DNA of 63,072 bases. Origin: Candidatus Elulimicrobium sp. (GTDB taxonomy: Bacteria > Patescibacteriota > Minisyncoccia > Phycocordibacterales > UBA918). The stretch covers positions 1 through 63,072 of the forward strand of contig DYNY01000005.1 in NCBI GenBank assembly GCA_020720815.1. The letters run 5' to 3'. Positions 28,013 to 37,285 of the stretch are shown here, in pieces (position 1 is the first letter of the stretch; each line of letters begins with the position of its first letter). A program made the translations under genes and the position numbers. Below the pieces are notes generated by a model. That model had not been told where the DNA came from and searched no databases. It saw only the letters and a list, made by a program, of their open reading frames with translations.

Positions 28013-29965
28013 ATGAGTGGTAATGATGTGCGCAGAAAATATCTAGCTTTTATGGAGAAAAATGGTCACGCCATTGTACCATCTTCTGCTCTTATACCTG
28101 AAAATGACCCAACCACTCTTTTCACTGGTAGTGGGATGCAGCCAATGCTCCCATACCTTTTAGGTGAAAAACACCCAAAAGGTATCAGAATAGCTGATAG
28201 TCAACGTTGTTTTAGAGCTGAAGATATTGAGGAAGTCGGGGATAATCGACACACGACTTTTTTTGAAATGCTCGGAAACTGGTCATTTGGTGATTATTTC
28301 AAGAAGGAACAGATCGAATGGATGTACGAATTTTTAGTTAAAGATGTTGGAATTAACCCAAATAGACTTTATATAAGTGTTTTTGGAGGAGATGAGTTAA
28401 ATAACCTACCTAGAGACGTTGATGCACCAGAAATATGGCGTGGTCTATTTGCAAAAGCTGGTATCGAGGCGCAGATTGTAAATATTGGGTCTGAAGCAGA
28501 CGGATATGAAAGGGGGATGAACCCTGGCGAGCGTATTTTTTACTATGAAGCTAAAAAAAACTGGTGGAGCAGAGCCGGTATACCAAATAAAATGCCAATT
28601 GGAGAGCCAGGGGGTCCTGACTCAGAGATGTTCTATGATTTTGGCACTCCACATGATACTAAGTACGGTAAGCTTTGCCATCCAAACTGTGATTGTGGTC
28701 GCTTCATGGAGATAGGTAATAACGTTTTCATGCAGTACCTAAAAACGGGAAATAATGAGTTTACTGAACTTAAAAACAAGAATATTGACTTTGGTGGTGG
28801 ACTTGAGCGAATAGTTGCTGCTTCACTACACAGCAGTACAGGCATGGCTGATGTATTTTTGACTGACTTATTTACACCAACTATATTTCAGATCGAGCAA
28901 CTGTCCGGTAAAAGTTACAATGACGACCTGCAATCCTTTAGAATTGTTGCCGACCACCTGCGGGGGGCCGTCTTTATGATTGGAGATGGAATCATGCCCG
29001 GTAACACTGATCAAGACTACTTCGTTAGACGTCTGCTACGTCGAGCGGTTCGTTATGCAGATAAATTAGCTATCCCAGCTGGTAAGTTTTCACAGTTGGC
29101 ACAAAGTGTTATCAACACTTATAACCAGCACTACCCCAACCTTAAAGATAAGGAGCAATTAATTTCTGAAGTCATTGCCCATGAAGAAGAGCAATTTCGC
29201 AAAACGTTAGAAGCTGGCTTAAAACAATTTAATAAAATCTCTCTACAAATCCATGTCACGAGTAAAGTTAAAAATGGGAAAAAAGTGATTGATAAATCGA
29301 GCGTTCCGACTACCAAACAAGTGATAGGTGCTCAAAACGCTTTTGACCTTTACACCACCTATGGTTTTCCAATTGAACTCACTGAGGAGATAGCCGCCGA
29401 AAAAGGGCTTGCTGTGGAAAGAAGTGGGTTTGAAATCCTAATGGAAAAGCATAAAGTAACCTCCCGGGCAGGAGCAGAGCAAAAATTTAAAGGGGGACTA
29501 GCTGATAATTCAGAGCGAGTGATTCAACTTCATACCGCAACTCATCTCATGTTAGCTGGTCTACAAAAAGAACTAGGTAATCATATTCACCAAGCTGGTT
29601 CAAACATTACTGGAGAGCGTTTGCGATATGACTTTACTCATCCCGAAAAAATTGACTTGGGAACACTGAACCGGGTAGAGGCATATGTAAATAATGCTAT
29701 TGCTATCGGTGGGCAAGTCACTATAGAAATAGTACCAAAAACTGAGGCACAAGCTGATAGTAGTATTGAAGCTAGTTTTTGGGATCGTTATCCAAATGAG
29801 GTTAAGGTATATACCATGACTGGTAATGACGGTACGATTTTTTCAAAAGAACTCTGTGGTGGTCCACACGTAAAAAAGCTTGAGGATATTAAAGGGATTT
29901 TTAAAATAACTAAAGAGGAATCATCTTCTGCTGGAATAAGACGAATCAAAGCGACTTTGGTCTAA
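28013..29965 (+). CDS. alaS: alanyl-tRNA synthetase lacking the C-Ala domain
   Basis: Class II core (FTGSGMQP, RCFRAEDIEEVGDNRHTTFFEMLGNWSFGDYFK) and editing domain (HTATHLM, CGGPHV). The ORF ends directly after the editing domain at 650 aa. Confidence 0.9.
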   Translation: MSGNDVRRKYLAFMEKNGHAIVPSSALIPENDPTTLFTGSGMQPMLPYLLGEKHPKGIRIADSQRCFRAEDIEEVGDNRHTTFFEMLGNWSFGDYFKKEQIEWMYEFLVKDVGINPNRLYISVFGGDELNNLPRDVDAPEIWRGLFAKAGIEAQIVNIGSEADGYERGMNPGERIFYYEAKKNWWSRAGIPNKMPIGEPGGPDSEMFYDFGTPHDTKYGKLCHPNCDCGRFMEIGNNVFMQYLKTGNNEFTELKNKNIDFGGGLERIVAASLHSSTGMADVFLTDLFTPTIFQIEQLSGKSYNDDLQSFRIVADHLRGAVFMIGDGIMPGNTDQDYFVRRLLRRAVRYADKLAIPAGKFSQLAQSVINTYNQHYPNLKDKEQLISEVIAHEEEQFRKTLEAGLKQFNKISLQIHVTSKVKNGKKVIDKSSVPTTKQVIGAQNAFDLYTTYGFPIELTEEIAAEKGLAVERSGFEILMEKHKVTSRAGAEQKFKGGLADNSERVIQLHTATHLMLAGLQKELGNHIHQAGSNITGERLRYDFTHPEKIDLGTLNRVEAYVNNAIAIGGQVTIEIVPKTEAQADSSIEASFWDRYPNEVKVYTMTGNDGTIFSKELCGGPHVKKLEDIKGIFKITKEESSSAGIRRIKATLV

Positions 29966-30029
29966 TACTATCCACTTAAATTAACTCAAACAAAAGACTT
30001 ATGCCAACTAATTGGTATACTTATAAAGT

Positions 30030-31250
30030 ATGGGTTTACTAGGTAGTAAAAATAGCCACCACAACTACGGGGCAATTATTGATATTGGATCAGGTAGTGT
30101 TTTAGTAGCTATTGTTGCTTCTGATAAATTCAAACCTCACCCTGAAATAATTTGGTCTAAGCGAGAATACGCACCACTAAAGCAAATTCAATCTATTTCT
30201 GAAAGCGCCAAAAATGTGATGGCCTCACTTCTTAGTGCGCTTATGCTCTTAGATTCAGAAGGCCGGGCCGTTTTACAAAAAAAAACCGGTAAAAGTAAAC
30301 TACTACAGACTCAGATAACTATTGCAGCACCCTGGTCATACACAATTACTAAAAATATCTCATACCATCACGAAGAGCCATTTAGTGTCTCAAATGAATT
30401 AATAGAAGAACTATTACGAACCGCACACAAAAAAATAAAAGAGGAACTAGAAGCAAATGAAAGAGCTAATAGCTTGGGTTTATCGATTATTTCAAGAAAA
30501 ATTATTGGCTTAATCGCAAATGGCTACCCAATTAAGCTTGCCACTAATCAAAAAGCTAAAACTCTACAAATAATCGAAGCTAACGCTATCGCCCAAGAGT
30601 ATTTAGTTAATGCAATTAATGATATAAAGGAAAAAGTGCTACCTGATACACATGTAAGTTTATATTCTTTCATTTTACTTTTTTACTACTTAATGCGTGA
30701 TTTTTCACCTGAACTAAATGATTATTGTCTGGTTGATATAACTTATGAGGCTACAGAGTTAGGGGTGGTTAGAAATGGAACTTTAAATTATTCTACTCAT
30801 ACACCTTTTGGTTCTTTTTCACTAGCCAGGGAAATAGCAAGTGTTTTAAAAGTCCCGCTTGAGGAAGCTTTTGGTTATCTAAAACAAGAGGACCCAGAAA
30901 TATTTTTTTCAAATTACTCGGCTACACAGCAAAAAGAAATCAAGGAAATTATTACAAACTATCAAAACCACTTGGTAGATTTATTTCATGAAACTGGAGA
31001 CAGTCTAGCTATCCCCAAGAAAATTTTTCTTCACGGTAATCTTTATACTGAAACTTTTTTTAAAAAGCATGTGGCCGAGAGTGCGAAGTTGGCTACTAAA
31101 GGTTCACACGCAATATACACAGCTTCAACTGAACTAGTGGCAAAATTCTATACAAAAGAAGAGAAAGACCTATTACTCGCAGACCAAACTCAGGATACTG
31201 CCATGCTTATTTCGGCTCAGTTTTTCCACACCAAGGGAACCGATGGATGA
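30030..31250 (+). CDS. divergent actin-fold (ASKHA) ATPase-like protein
   Basis: Phosphate-1-like AIIDIGSGSVLVAIV and phosphate-2-like CLVDITYEATELGVV; not assignable to FtsA, PilM or MreB by eye. Confidence 0.4.
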   Translation: MGLLGSKNSHHNYGAIIDIGSGSVLVAIVASDKFKPHPEIIWSKREYAPLKQIQSISESAKNVMASLLSALMLLDSEGRAVLQKKTGKSKLLQTQITIAAPWSYTITKNISYHHEEPFSVSNELIEELLRTAHKKIKEELEANERANSLGLSIISRKIIGLIANGYPIKLATNQKAKTLQIIEANAIAQEYLVNAINDIKEKVLPDTHVSLYSFILLFYYLMRDFSPELNDYCLVDITYEATELGVVRNGTLNYSTHTPFGSFSLAREIASVLKVPLEEAFGYLKQEDPEIFFSNYSATQQKEIKEIITNYQNHLVDLFHETGDSLAIPKKIFLHGNLYTETFFKKHVAESAKLATKGSHAIYTASTELVAKFYTKEEKDLLLADQTQDTAMLISAQFFHTKGTDG

Positions 31251-31289
31251 TAATGATAAATTTAGAAAGATATACTGTATAATGAACAT

Positions 31290-32633
31290 ATGACACAAAA
31301 ATGGAATCTACAAGATATACGTCCAGCTGAGCCACGACGTCGCCGGCCGACAGAGGCACAGATGAGTGGCGTAGCTGAAGTCAGAACAGATACTGAACTT
31401 AGACTTGCTGGCAGACAACCACTGCCAGATAATGATGATATTGATACTATTGTTATAAAAAATGGCCTAAAGCAGAGTAAAAGAAACGTTGTTATCCTGT
31501 CACTAGTTGCTTTTCTAATAGTATTTGGAATTTTTGGCCTAAGCTTTACTCTATCAAAAACTACATTAACGGTGTACCCTGAATTCAATGAACCAACTGT
31601 AAATGCTGAATTTGTGGCTTATCCCGAAAAACGTGATGGCCAACTATCATATGAAATTATGACCTTAACTGAAGATGGGGAACGTCAAGTAAAGGCCACT
31701 GGTCAAGAGACTGTAAAAGAGCAAGCTAAGGGTTACGTTGAAATCGTAAAATCTACTCCTGGCACTGAGAGGTTAATTAAAAACACTAGATTTCGCTCAC
31801 CGGATGGACTTATCTTCAGAATCCAAGAGTCAGTCGTTGTGCCTGGCGCTATTAAAGATTTAACTGGTAAACTTGTACCCGGTACTATCCGAACCGAGGT
31901 TTTTGCTGATAATCCCGGGGCTGAATACAATTTACCAGCTGAGACTAAATTTGATGTGCCAGGTTTTAAAGAAAGTAATCTAAACGAACTTTATGATGCC
32001 ATCTATGCTGTAAATCATGAAGCATTCGCAGGAGGATTTAATGGACCTCGCTTTATTATTGATGATAATGAATTGGCTACCGCCAAACAAGGTTTACAGA
32101 TTGAACTCCGAGATAAATTACTAGCTCGTGTTAACCAAGAAAGCCCCGCTAATTTTGTTGGTTTTCCGGGCGGAATAGCCATCTCCTATACTTCACAGCC
32201 TACCATTCAATTTGGCGATAACTTAGTAACCATTCGTGAACAAGCCATACTTCAGCTACCACTATTTAAAAATGGAGAATTTGCCAAATTCCTAGCAGAA
32301 GAGACGATTCCATCGTATTCACAGCAATCAGTCCGAATTACCAATATCTCTGATTTAACTTTTTCCTACAAAGACAGTAATAATAGCTCACAGATAATTG
32401 CTAATTTACCCTCTCTTACTTTTTCTATTTTAGGTAAACCACAAATTGTTTCTGAGTTTAATACTGAACAACTAAAAAATGATTTAGCCGGAAAATCACT
32501 AACCGCAATTAGTACTGTCCTAACAGGCCATACCGGAATAAGTAGTGCTAAAATATCCGGTAAACCATTTTGGAAACGTTCTTTCCCAGAAAATGCTCAA
32601 GATATAACTATTATTGAGGTAATAGGGGAATAG
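31290..32633 (+). CDS. membrane-anchored hypothetical protein (Arg-rich N-terminus, one TM helix, large beta-rich ectodomain)
   Basis: 447-aa ORF with TM segment VVILSLVAFLIVFGIFGLSF. Confidence 0.45.
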   Translation: MTQKWNLQDIRPAEPRRRRPTEAQMSGVAEVRTDTELRLAGRQPLPDNDDIDTIVIKNGLKQSKRNVVILSLVAFLIVFGIFGLSFTLSKTTLTVYPEFNEPTVNAEFVAYPEKRDGQLSYEIMTLTEDGERQVKATGQETVKEQAKGYVEIVKSTPGTERLIKNTRFRSPDGLIFRIQESVVVPGAIKDLTGKLVPGTIRTEVFADNPGAEYNLPAETKFDVPGFKESNLNELYDAIYAVNHEAFAGGFNGPRFIIDDNELATAKQGLQIELRDKLLARVNQESPANFVGFPGGIAISYTSQPTIQFGDNLVTIREQAILQLPLFKNGEFAKFLAEETIPSYSQQSVRITNISDLTFSYKDSNNSSQIIANLPSLTFSILGKPQIVSEFNTEQLKNDLAGKSLTAISTVLTGHTGISSAKISGKPFWKRSFPENAQDITIIEVIGE

Positions 32634-32700
32634 AAATAAGTTAACACACAATCCATCGCTTGACCATTTACAATTAATTTGTTAGACTCAGCCACGTTTA

Positions 32701-32928
32701 ATGGATCAAAAAATACAAGAAGTTAAAGACGATTTAATGTATGGTCTTGTTGAAGAAGCACTACCAAATGCTCTTTTTCGTGTCACACTCGATGGAGCTG
32801 AAAAACCCATTATTGCTTACCTAGCCGGTAAAATGAGAAAGTTTCGTATTAGAGTACTGGTCGGGGATAAAGTAGGGATGGTGATGGATCCATATGGCGG
32901 TAAAGCACGTATTACTAAGAGACTTTAA
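32701..32928 (+). CDS. infA: translation initiation factor IF-1
   Basis: S1-like sequence LPNALFRV.L....[22 protein letters not shown]. Confidence 0.9.
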   Translation: MDQKIQEVKDDLMYGLVEEALPNALFRVTLDGAEKPIIAYLAGKMRKFRIRVLVGDKVGMVMDPYGGKARITKRL

Positions 32929-32936
32929 ATAATAAT

Positions 32937-33053
32937 ATGAAAGTAAGATCGTCGGTTAAGAAAATGAGCCCAGATGACATTATAGTAAAACGAAGAGGAG
33001 TAGTGTTTGTTATCAATAAAAAGAAGCCTAGACACAAGCAACGACAAGGATAA
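32937..33053 (+). CDS. rpmJ: 50S ribosomal protein L36 (cysteine-free form)
   Basis: A 38-codon ORF absent from the track: [38 protein letters not shown]. It sits in the canonical position between infA and rpsM. Confidence 0.8.
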   Translation: MKVRSSVKKMSPDDIIVKRRGVVFVINKKKPRHKQRQG

Positions 33054-33055
33054 GT

Positions 33056-33433
33056 ATGAGAATTTCAGGTATTACAATCCCAGATGAGAAACAACTAGCC
33101 TACGCACTAACAGCTGTGTATGGTATTGGTCTTTCTAGAGCCAAGACGATCCTCAGGGAACTAAACATTGATCCTACCACTAAACCAACTGCTCTAAATA
33201 CTGAGCAAGAAAATTCCGTTCGAGAAAAAGTAGAAGGTTTTCGAATTGAAGGTGACCTGAAGCGAGAGGTATCATCAAACATTAAGCGATTAAAAGATAT
33301 TGCTTCATACCGTGGCTCTCGTCACGCAAAAAGACTACCTGCTCGAGGTCAAAGAACAAAAACTAACGCTCGTACTCTTAAGGGCGCAAAAAAGACCATG
33401 GGTAGTGGACGACGCAAGCTAGAGAAGACATAA
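33056..33433 (+). CDS. rpsM: 30S ribosomal protein S13
   Basis: MRISGITIP...YGIG, SYRGSRH; conserved operon position. Confidence 0.95.
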   Translation: MRISGITIPDEKQLAYALTAVYGIGLSRAKTILRELNIDPTTKPTALNTEQENSVREKVEGFRIEGDLKREVSSNIKRLKDIASYRGSRHAKRLPARGQRTKTNARTLKGAKKTMGSGRRKLEKT

Positions 33434-33468
33434 AATAGCTTTATTTATTAGACTTTACGTATAGACAT

Positions 33469-33900
33469 ATGGGTAAGAAACGTATCATAAAAAAAGGAGG
33501 TGGTTCTGATGTTGCTGGTACATCACGAGCACTAAATAGAATTCCTAAACGAAAATTAGTAGCTGGAAAGTTGAATATTTTAGCGACTTTTAACAACACT
33601 CTATTAACACTATGTGACCCAAAAGGTAATGCAGTGATGAGTGCTAGTAGTGGTGCTCTTGGTTTCAAGGGTTCAAGAAAAAGCACTCCTTTTGCAGCCG
33701 CAAAAGTGGGCGAGATTATTGGTGAGAAAGCTCAACAAATGGGCATGAAGGACGCTGAGGTAGTTATTCGCGGTGTTGGAGCTGGACGCGAGTCAGCTCT
33801 CCGAGCTTTTTCAGGTAAGGGAATTGGGATTCTTAGAATTACCGACATGACACCAGTACCATTTAACGGTACCCGACCACCTAAACCACGCCGTGTATAA
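33469..33900 (+). CDS. rpsK: 30S ribosomal protein S11
   Basis: GFKGSRKSTPFAA, and a C-terminus ITD.TP.P.NG.RP.K.RR. Confidence 0.95.
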   Translation: MGKKRIIKKGGGSDVAGTSRALNRIPKRKLVAGKLNILATFNNTLLTLCDPKGNAVMSASSGALGFKGSRKSTPFAAAKVGEIIGEKAQQMGMKDAEVVIRGVGAGRESALRAFSGKGIGILRITDMTPVPFNGTRPPKPRRV

Positions 33901-33912
33901 CAAATATTTATT

Positions 33913-34521
33913 ATGAAAATTGGTCCAAAATATAAAATTGCAAAAAGACTCGGGGCTGCTATCTTTGAAAAGACACGGACTCCTAAATTTGAACTGTCAC
34001 AGGCTCGTGGTGGTAGGCAGATAAAAAGAGGCGGACAAGCCAGCGATTATAAGCGTCAACTTATCGAAAAGCAAAAGATGCGTTTTACTTATGGTATAAC
34101 TGAAAAACAATTGCGTCGTTATGTCGATGAGTCAAACACAAAAGTTGGACATAAACCAATCTTTGTTTTGATGGAACGTCTAGAATCTCGCCTTGATAAT
34201 GTGGTTTACCGTTTAGGTCTAGCCAAAACTAGACAACAAGCTCGTCAGGTTGTTTCTCATGGACATATTTTTGTTAACGGACGTCGTCTCTCTATACCAT
34301 CATACAAAGTAGAAGTTACTGATATCATAACAATCCGTGAGGGTAGTAAAACATCAGCCTTATTTGATCAACTTGAAGAAACACACGAAGGTACCTCTGT
34401 GCCAACCTGGCTTTCAATGGATGTTAAGAAGCTAACAGCCACAGTCGTTGGTGCTCCTGTTTACAACCCAACCGAAACTCTTTTTGACCCTGAATTAGTA
34501 ATGGAGTTCTACAGCCGGTAG
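33913..34521 (+). CDS. rpsD: 30S ribosomal protein S4
   Basis: RLDNVVYRLG.A.TR.QARQ.V.HGHI.VNG (S4 domain). Confidence 0.95.
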   Translation: MKIGPKYKIAKRLGAAIFEKTRTPKFELSQARGGRQIKRGGQASDYKRQLIEKQKMRFTYGITEKQLRRYVDESNTKVGHKPIFVLMERLESRLDNVVYRLGLAKTRQQARQVVSHGHIFVNGRRLSIPSYKVEVTDIITIREGSKTSALFDQLEETHEGTSVPTWLSMDVKKLTATVVGAPVYNPTETLFDPELVMEFYSR

Positions 34522-34553
34522 TAATTAATGTTATTAATTTTAATTCAATAATT

Positions 34554-35513
34554 ATGTTAGAAACAAACGTCACACTGCCTTCTAAGCCGAGAGTTGTGTC
34601 TGAAGATGAGTTTCGTGGGGTCTTTGAGATTGATGGCCTTTATCCTGGCTACGGTCACACTCTTGGAAACTCTTTACGACGAATCATCCTTTCTTCTTTA
34701 CCTGGAGCTGCTATTACACAAGTAAAGATTGATGGAGTAGCGCACGAATTTAGTGCTATCGATGGTATAAGAGAAGATGTCATAACTATCCTACTGAACC
34801 TTAAGCGTATCCGTTTGACTCTACACGGAAATGAACCAATGCGTGTAACTTTAAAGAAATCTGGTATTGGTATGGTAACTGCCGCCAATTTTACTGCCCC
34901 AACTCAAGTTGAAATTCTAAACCCAGAGCAACCAATTGCCGAAATTACCGCCAAAAGTACTACCTTAGAAATGGAAATTTTAGTTGAAAAGGGTCTAGGC
35001 TATGTACCACGCGAAATTCACCAGCGTGATAAGGTAGAAATTGGCACTATTGCTATAGATGCAGTCTTTACGCCAATTAGACGAGCTAACTATGAGGTTG
35101 AGAACATGCGCGTTGGTGACCGAACTGACTACAATAGACTTCGTGTTTTTATAGAAACTGATGGTACTTTTACCCCTCGAGAGGCTTTAGAGCAATCAAT
35201 CGGAGTAATGATTCACCAGTTAAAAGCTATAATTGGTTTCCAGGAAGAATATCCTGCCTCTGCTCCAGTGATTGAAGAAAAGGCCGAAGTAATAACTACT
35301 GAACCAGATGCAGATGCACTAAAAACTCGAGTCGAAACTTTAGATCTTTCTGCTCGCACTCAGCAGGCTTTAGAAGTAGCCAGTATCAGAACGGTCGGAG
35401 GGCTTGTGCGAAAGAGAAAAGATGATATTCTAGCCCTCGATGGTATCGGACCTAAAGGTCTAGATGAAATCGTTTCTTTACTCGAGAAAATGAACCTAAA
35501 CCTTACTGAGTAA
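34554..35513 (+). CDS. rpoA: DNA-directed RNA polymerase subunit alpha
   Basis: GYGHTLGNSLRRILLSS-type N-terminal domain and a C-terminal domain with LDLS.RT...L; conserved operon position. Confidence 0.95.
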   Translation: MLETNVTLPSKPRVVSEDEFRGVFEIDGLYPGYGHTLGNSLRRIILSSLPGAAITQVKIDGVAHEFSAIDGIREDVITILLNLKRIRLTLHGNEPMRVTLKKSGIGMVTAANFTAPTQVEILNPEQPIAEITAKSTTLEMEILVEKGLGYVPREIHQRDKVEIGTIAIDAVFTPIRRANYEVENMRVGDRTDYNRLRVFIETDGTFTPREALEQSIGVMIHQLKAIIGFQEEYPASAPVIEEKAEVITTEPDADALKTRVETLDLSARTQQALEVASIRTVGGLVRKRKDDILALDGIGPKGLDEIVSLLEKMNLNLTE

Positions 35514-35517
35514 TTTT

Positions 35518-35874
35518 ATGCGACACTCTAACAAAAATCGAACTTTGAGCCGGCCAACCGGACAGCGGACAGCGCTTTTACGCGGCTTGGCTGTGTCTTT
35601 AATTCGAGATGGTAAAATTACCACCACTCTTGCTAAAGCTAAGGAAGTACAACCAAAAGTAGAACGCTTAATAACATACGCCAAAAAGAACACAATTGCT
35701 GGAAGACGCATTGTGGCAAGTCGTTTAGGAGAACCTAATGCTGAAATTATCACTAAGCTATTTAGTGATATTGCACCAAAGTTTGAAACTCGAAATGGTG
35801 GCTATACTCGTGTTATTAAGATGGGACGTATGCCTTCTGGACGAGATCAAGCTGTAATAGAATTCGTTCTATAA
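35518..35874 (+). CDS. rplQ: 50S ribosomal protein L17
   Basis: MRH..K.R.L.R...QR.ALLR.L...L...G.I.TT..KAKE. Confidence 0.95.
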   Translation: MRHSNKNRTLSRPTGQRTALLRGLAVSLIRDGKITTTLAKAKEVQPKVERLITYAKKNTIAGRRIVASRLGEPNAEIITKLFSDIAPKFETRNGGYTRVIKMGRMPSGRDQAVIEFVL

Positions 35875-35877
35875 AAT

Positions 35878-36240
35878 ATGACTACTACAATTACAAAAAA
35901 CACCTACGAAATTGACGCTTCCGGAAAGCGTTTGGGTAAAGTCGCTACGGAAGCAGCCTCAGTATTAAATGGTAAAAATACCATTGATTTTGCTCGACAC
36001 ACTATTGCTGACGTTACTGTCACCATTAAGAATGTAAGTAAGCTCGATATTTCAGAGAAGAAAGGAAGTGAGATATACCAAAACTACTCTGGCTACATGG
36101 GTGGACTAAAGGAAGAAACCTTAGCTCATTTAGCCGCTCGCCGTGGTTATAGTGAAGCAGTCCGTCGAACTATCGGTGGCATGCTCCCAGATAACAAGCT
36201 TAAGAAACAATTATTAAAGAACTTAGTGATCACAGAATAA
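35878..36240 (+). CDS. rplM: 50S ribosomal protein L13 (short, 120 aa)
   Basis: IDASGK.LG.VAT.AA..L.GK and GGMLP.NKL. Confidence 0.9.
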   Translation: MTTTITKNTYEIDASGKRLGKVATEAASVLNGKNTIDFARHTIADVTVTIKNVSKLDISEKKGSEIYQNYSGYMGGLKEETLAHLAARRGYSEAVRRTIGGMLPDNKLKKQLLKNLVITE

Positions 36241-36244
36241 CCGT

Positions 36245-36652
36245 ATGGCTACTACCACCAAAAGATACATTGAAGGCATTGGCCGTCGCAAGACAGCTAC
36301 TGCTCGTGTCCGCCTAACGCCTGCTACGGCCACCACTTTTACAATTAATAATCGACCACTAGAGGATTATTTTAAGCACATTGCTCTACAACAAAACCTA
36401 CAATCAGTTCTGGATACTAAGGAAGCTGGCATCGAGAACTACACTATTACTGTAAAAGTACTTGGTGGGGGACTCTCAGCTCAATCGGATGCTATCAAAC
36501 TTGGAATTGCTCGAGCTTTAGTAGAAGAAAAGCTGGACCGACGTACATCATTAAAGAAAGAAGGTTACCTCAAACGTGATCCCCGTTCAGTCGAACGAAA
36601 AAAGTTTGGACTTCGTAAAGCTCGCAAGCGCCCAGCCTGGAGTAAACGATAA
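36245..36652 (+). CDS. rpsI: 30S ribosomal protein S9
   Basis: G.GRRK.A.ARV, GGG...Q..A...GIARAL, and a C-terminus KRPAWSKR. Confidence 0.95.
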   Translation: MATTTKRYIEGIGRRKTATARVRLTPATATTFTINNRPLEDYFKHIALQQNLQSVLDTKEAGIENYTITVKVLGGGLSAQSDAIKLGIARALVEEKLDRRTSLKKEGYLKRDPRSVERKKFGLRKARKRPAWSKR

Positions 36653-36670
36653 TTGTTTTGAAGTAGTAAC

Positions 36671-36714
36671 GTTAACGATAAAGGAGTCCCTTGTGGGACT
36701 CCTTTATCGTTAAC
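36671..36714 (+). terminator. 20-bp perfect hairpin after rpsI (operon terminator and/or boundary of the adjacent IS remnant)
   Basis: gttaacgataaaggagtccc (36671-36690), loop ttgt, gggactcctttatcgttaac (36695-36714). Confidence 0.6.
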
Positions 36715-36717
36715 AAA

Positions 36718-37285
36718 TTTGGGAAAAGATAAACTACACGCTCTCTTAGTGCAGGATGGTTATACAGGGAGTATTTCGACAATTAATCGGATACTTAACG
36801 ACCTTAAACAGCAAGGACTGCTTCCTGACCCTAAACCACTCTCGTTTTATGCTAAAGGTGGTATCCATTGCGAAAAGACCTAGGTACACAAGAAGAAACT
36901 ACGCCGACCACAATCAGTGCGGGTACTAGAACTTGATACCGTCGTCCGTTTTATTGATGGTACTAAGCGGTATATCTTAACCACTATTGATACCGAGACA
37001 AGAACGTCTTTTGCTTCAGTTTATACCAATCACGGAAGCCAGAGTGCCTCTGACTTTCTCAAGCGGTGTATCCAAGTACTCCCTGATTGTCCCACTCACA
37101 GTCAAACCGATAATGGTTCTGAGTTTGCTAAGTATCTCCATGAGACAGCCACACATTGCCCTTGGACTGAAATCACCTTTTCAGGGTATAGTGGAGAGAT
37201 TAAAAGAGCAGGAGCGATAAATGTGATGGACGAGTACAAAATTTTGACAAAGAAGTGTTTTGAATTTATAATACCGCCATGGTGA
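36718..37285 (+). pseudogene. remnant of a DDE (rve/integrase-core) transposase, truncated, with an in-frame stop and a frameshift
   Basis: The frame reads ...HALLVQDGYTGSISTINRILNDLKQQGLLPD..., then TAG at 36881-36883, then ...VLELDTV..ILTTIDTETR...SQTDNGSEF (DDE core). The expected C-terminal ...P.QGIVERL... appears only in another frame (track ORF 36987-37220). No intact N-terminal HTH or start codon. Confidence 0.7.

Noticed and set aside
36987-37220. 77-aa ORF as an independent gene
   Set aside because: Its C-terminal ...SPFQGIVERL... is best explained as the frameshifted continuation of the transposase remnant.
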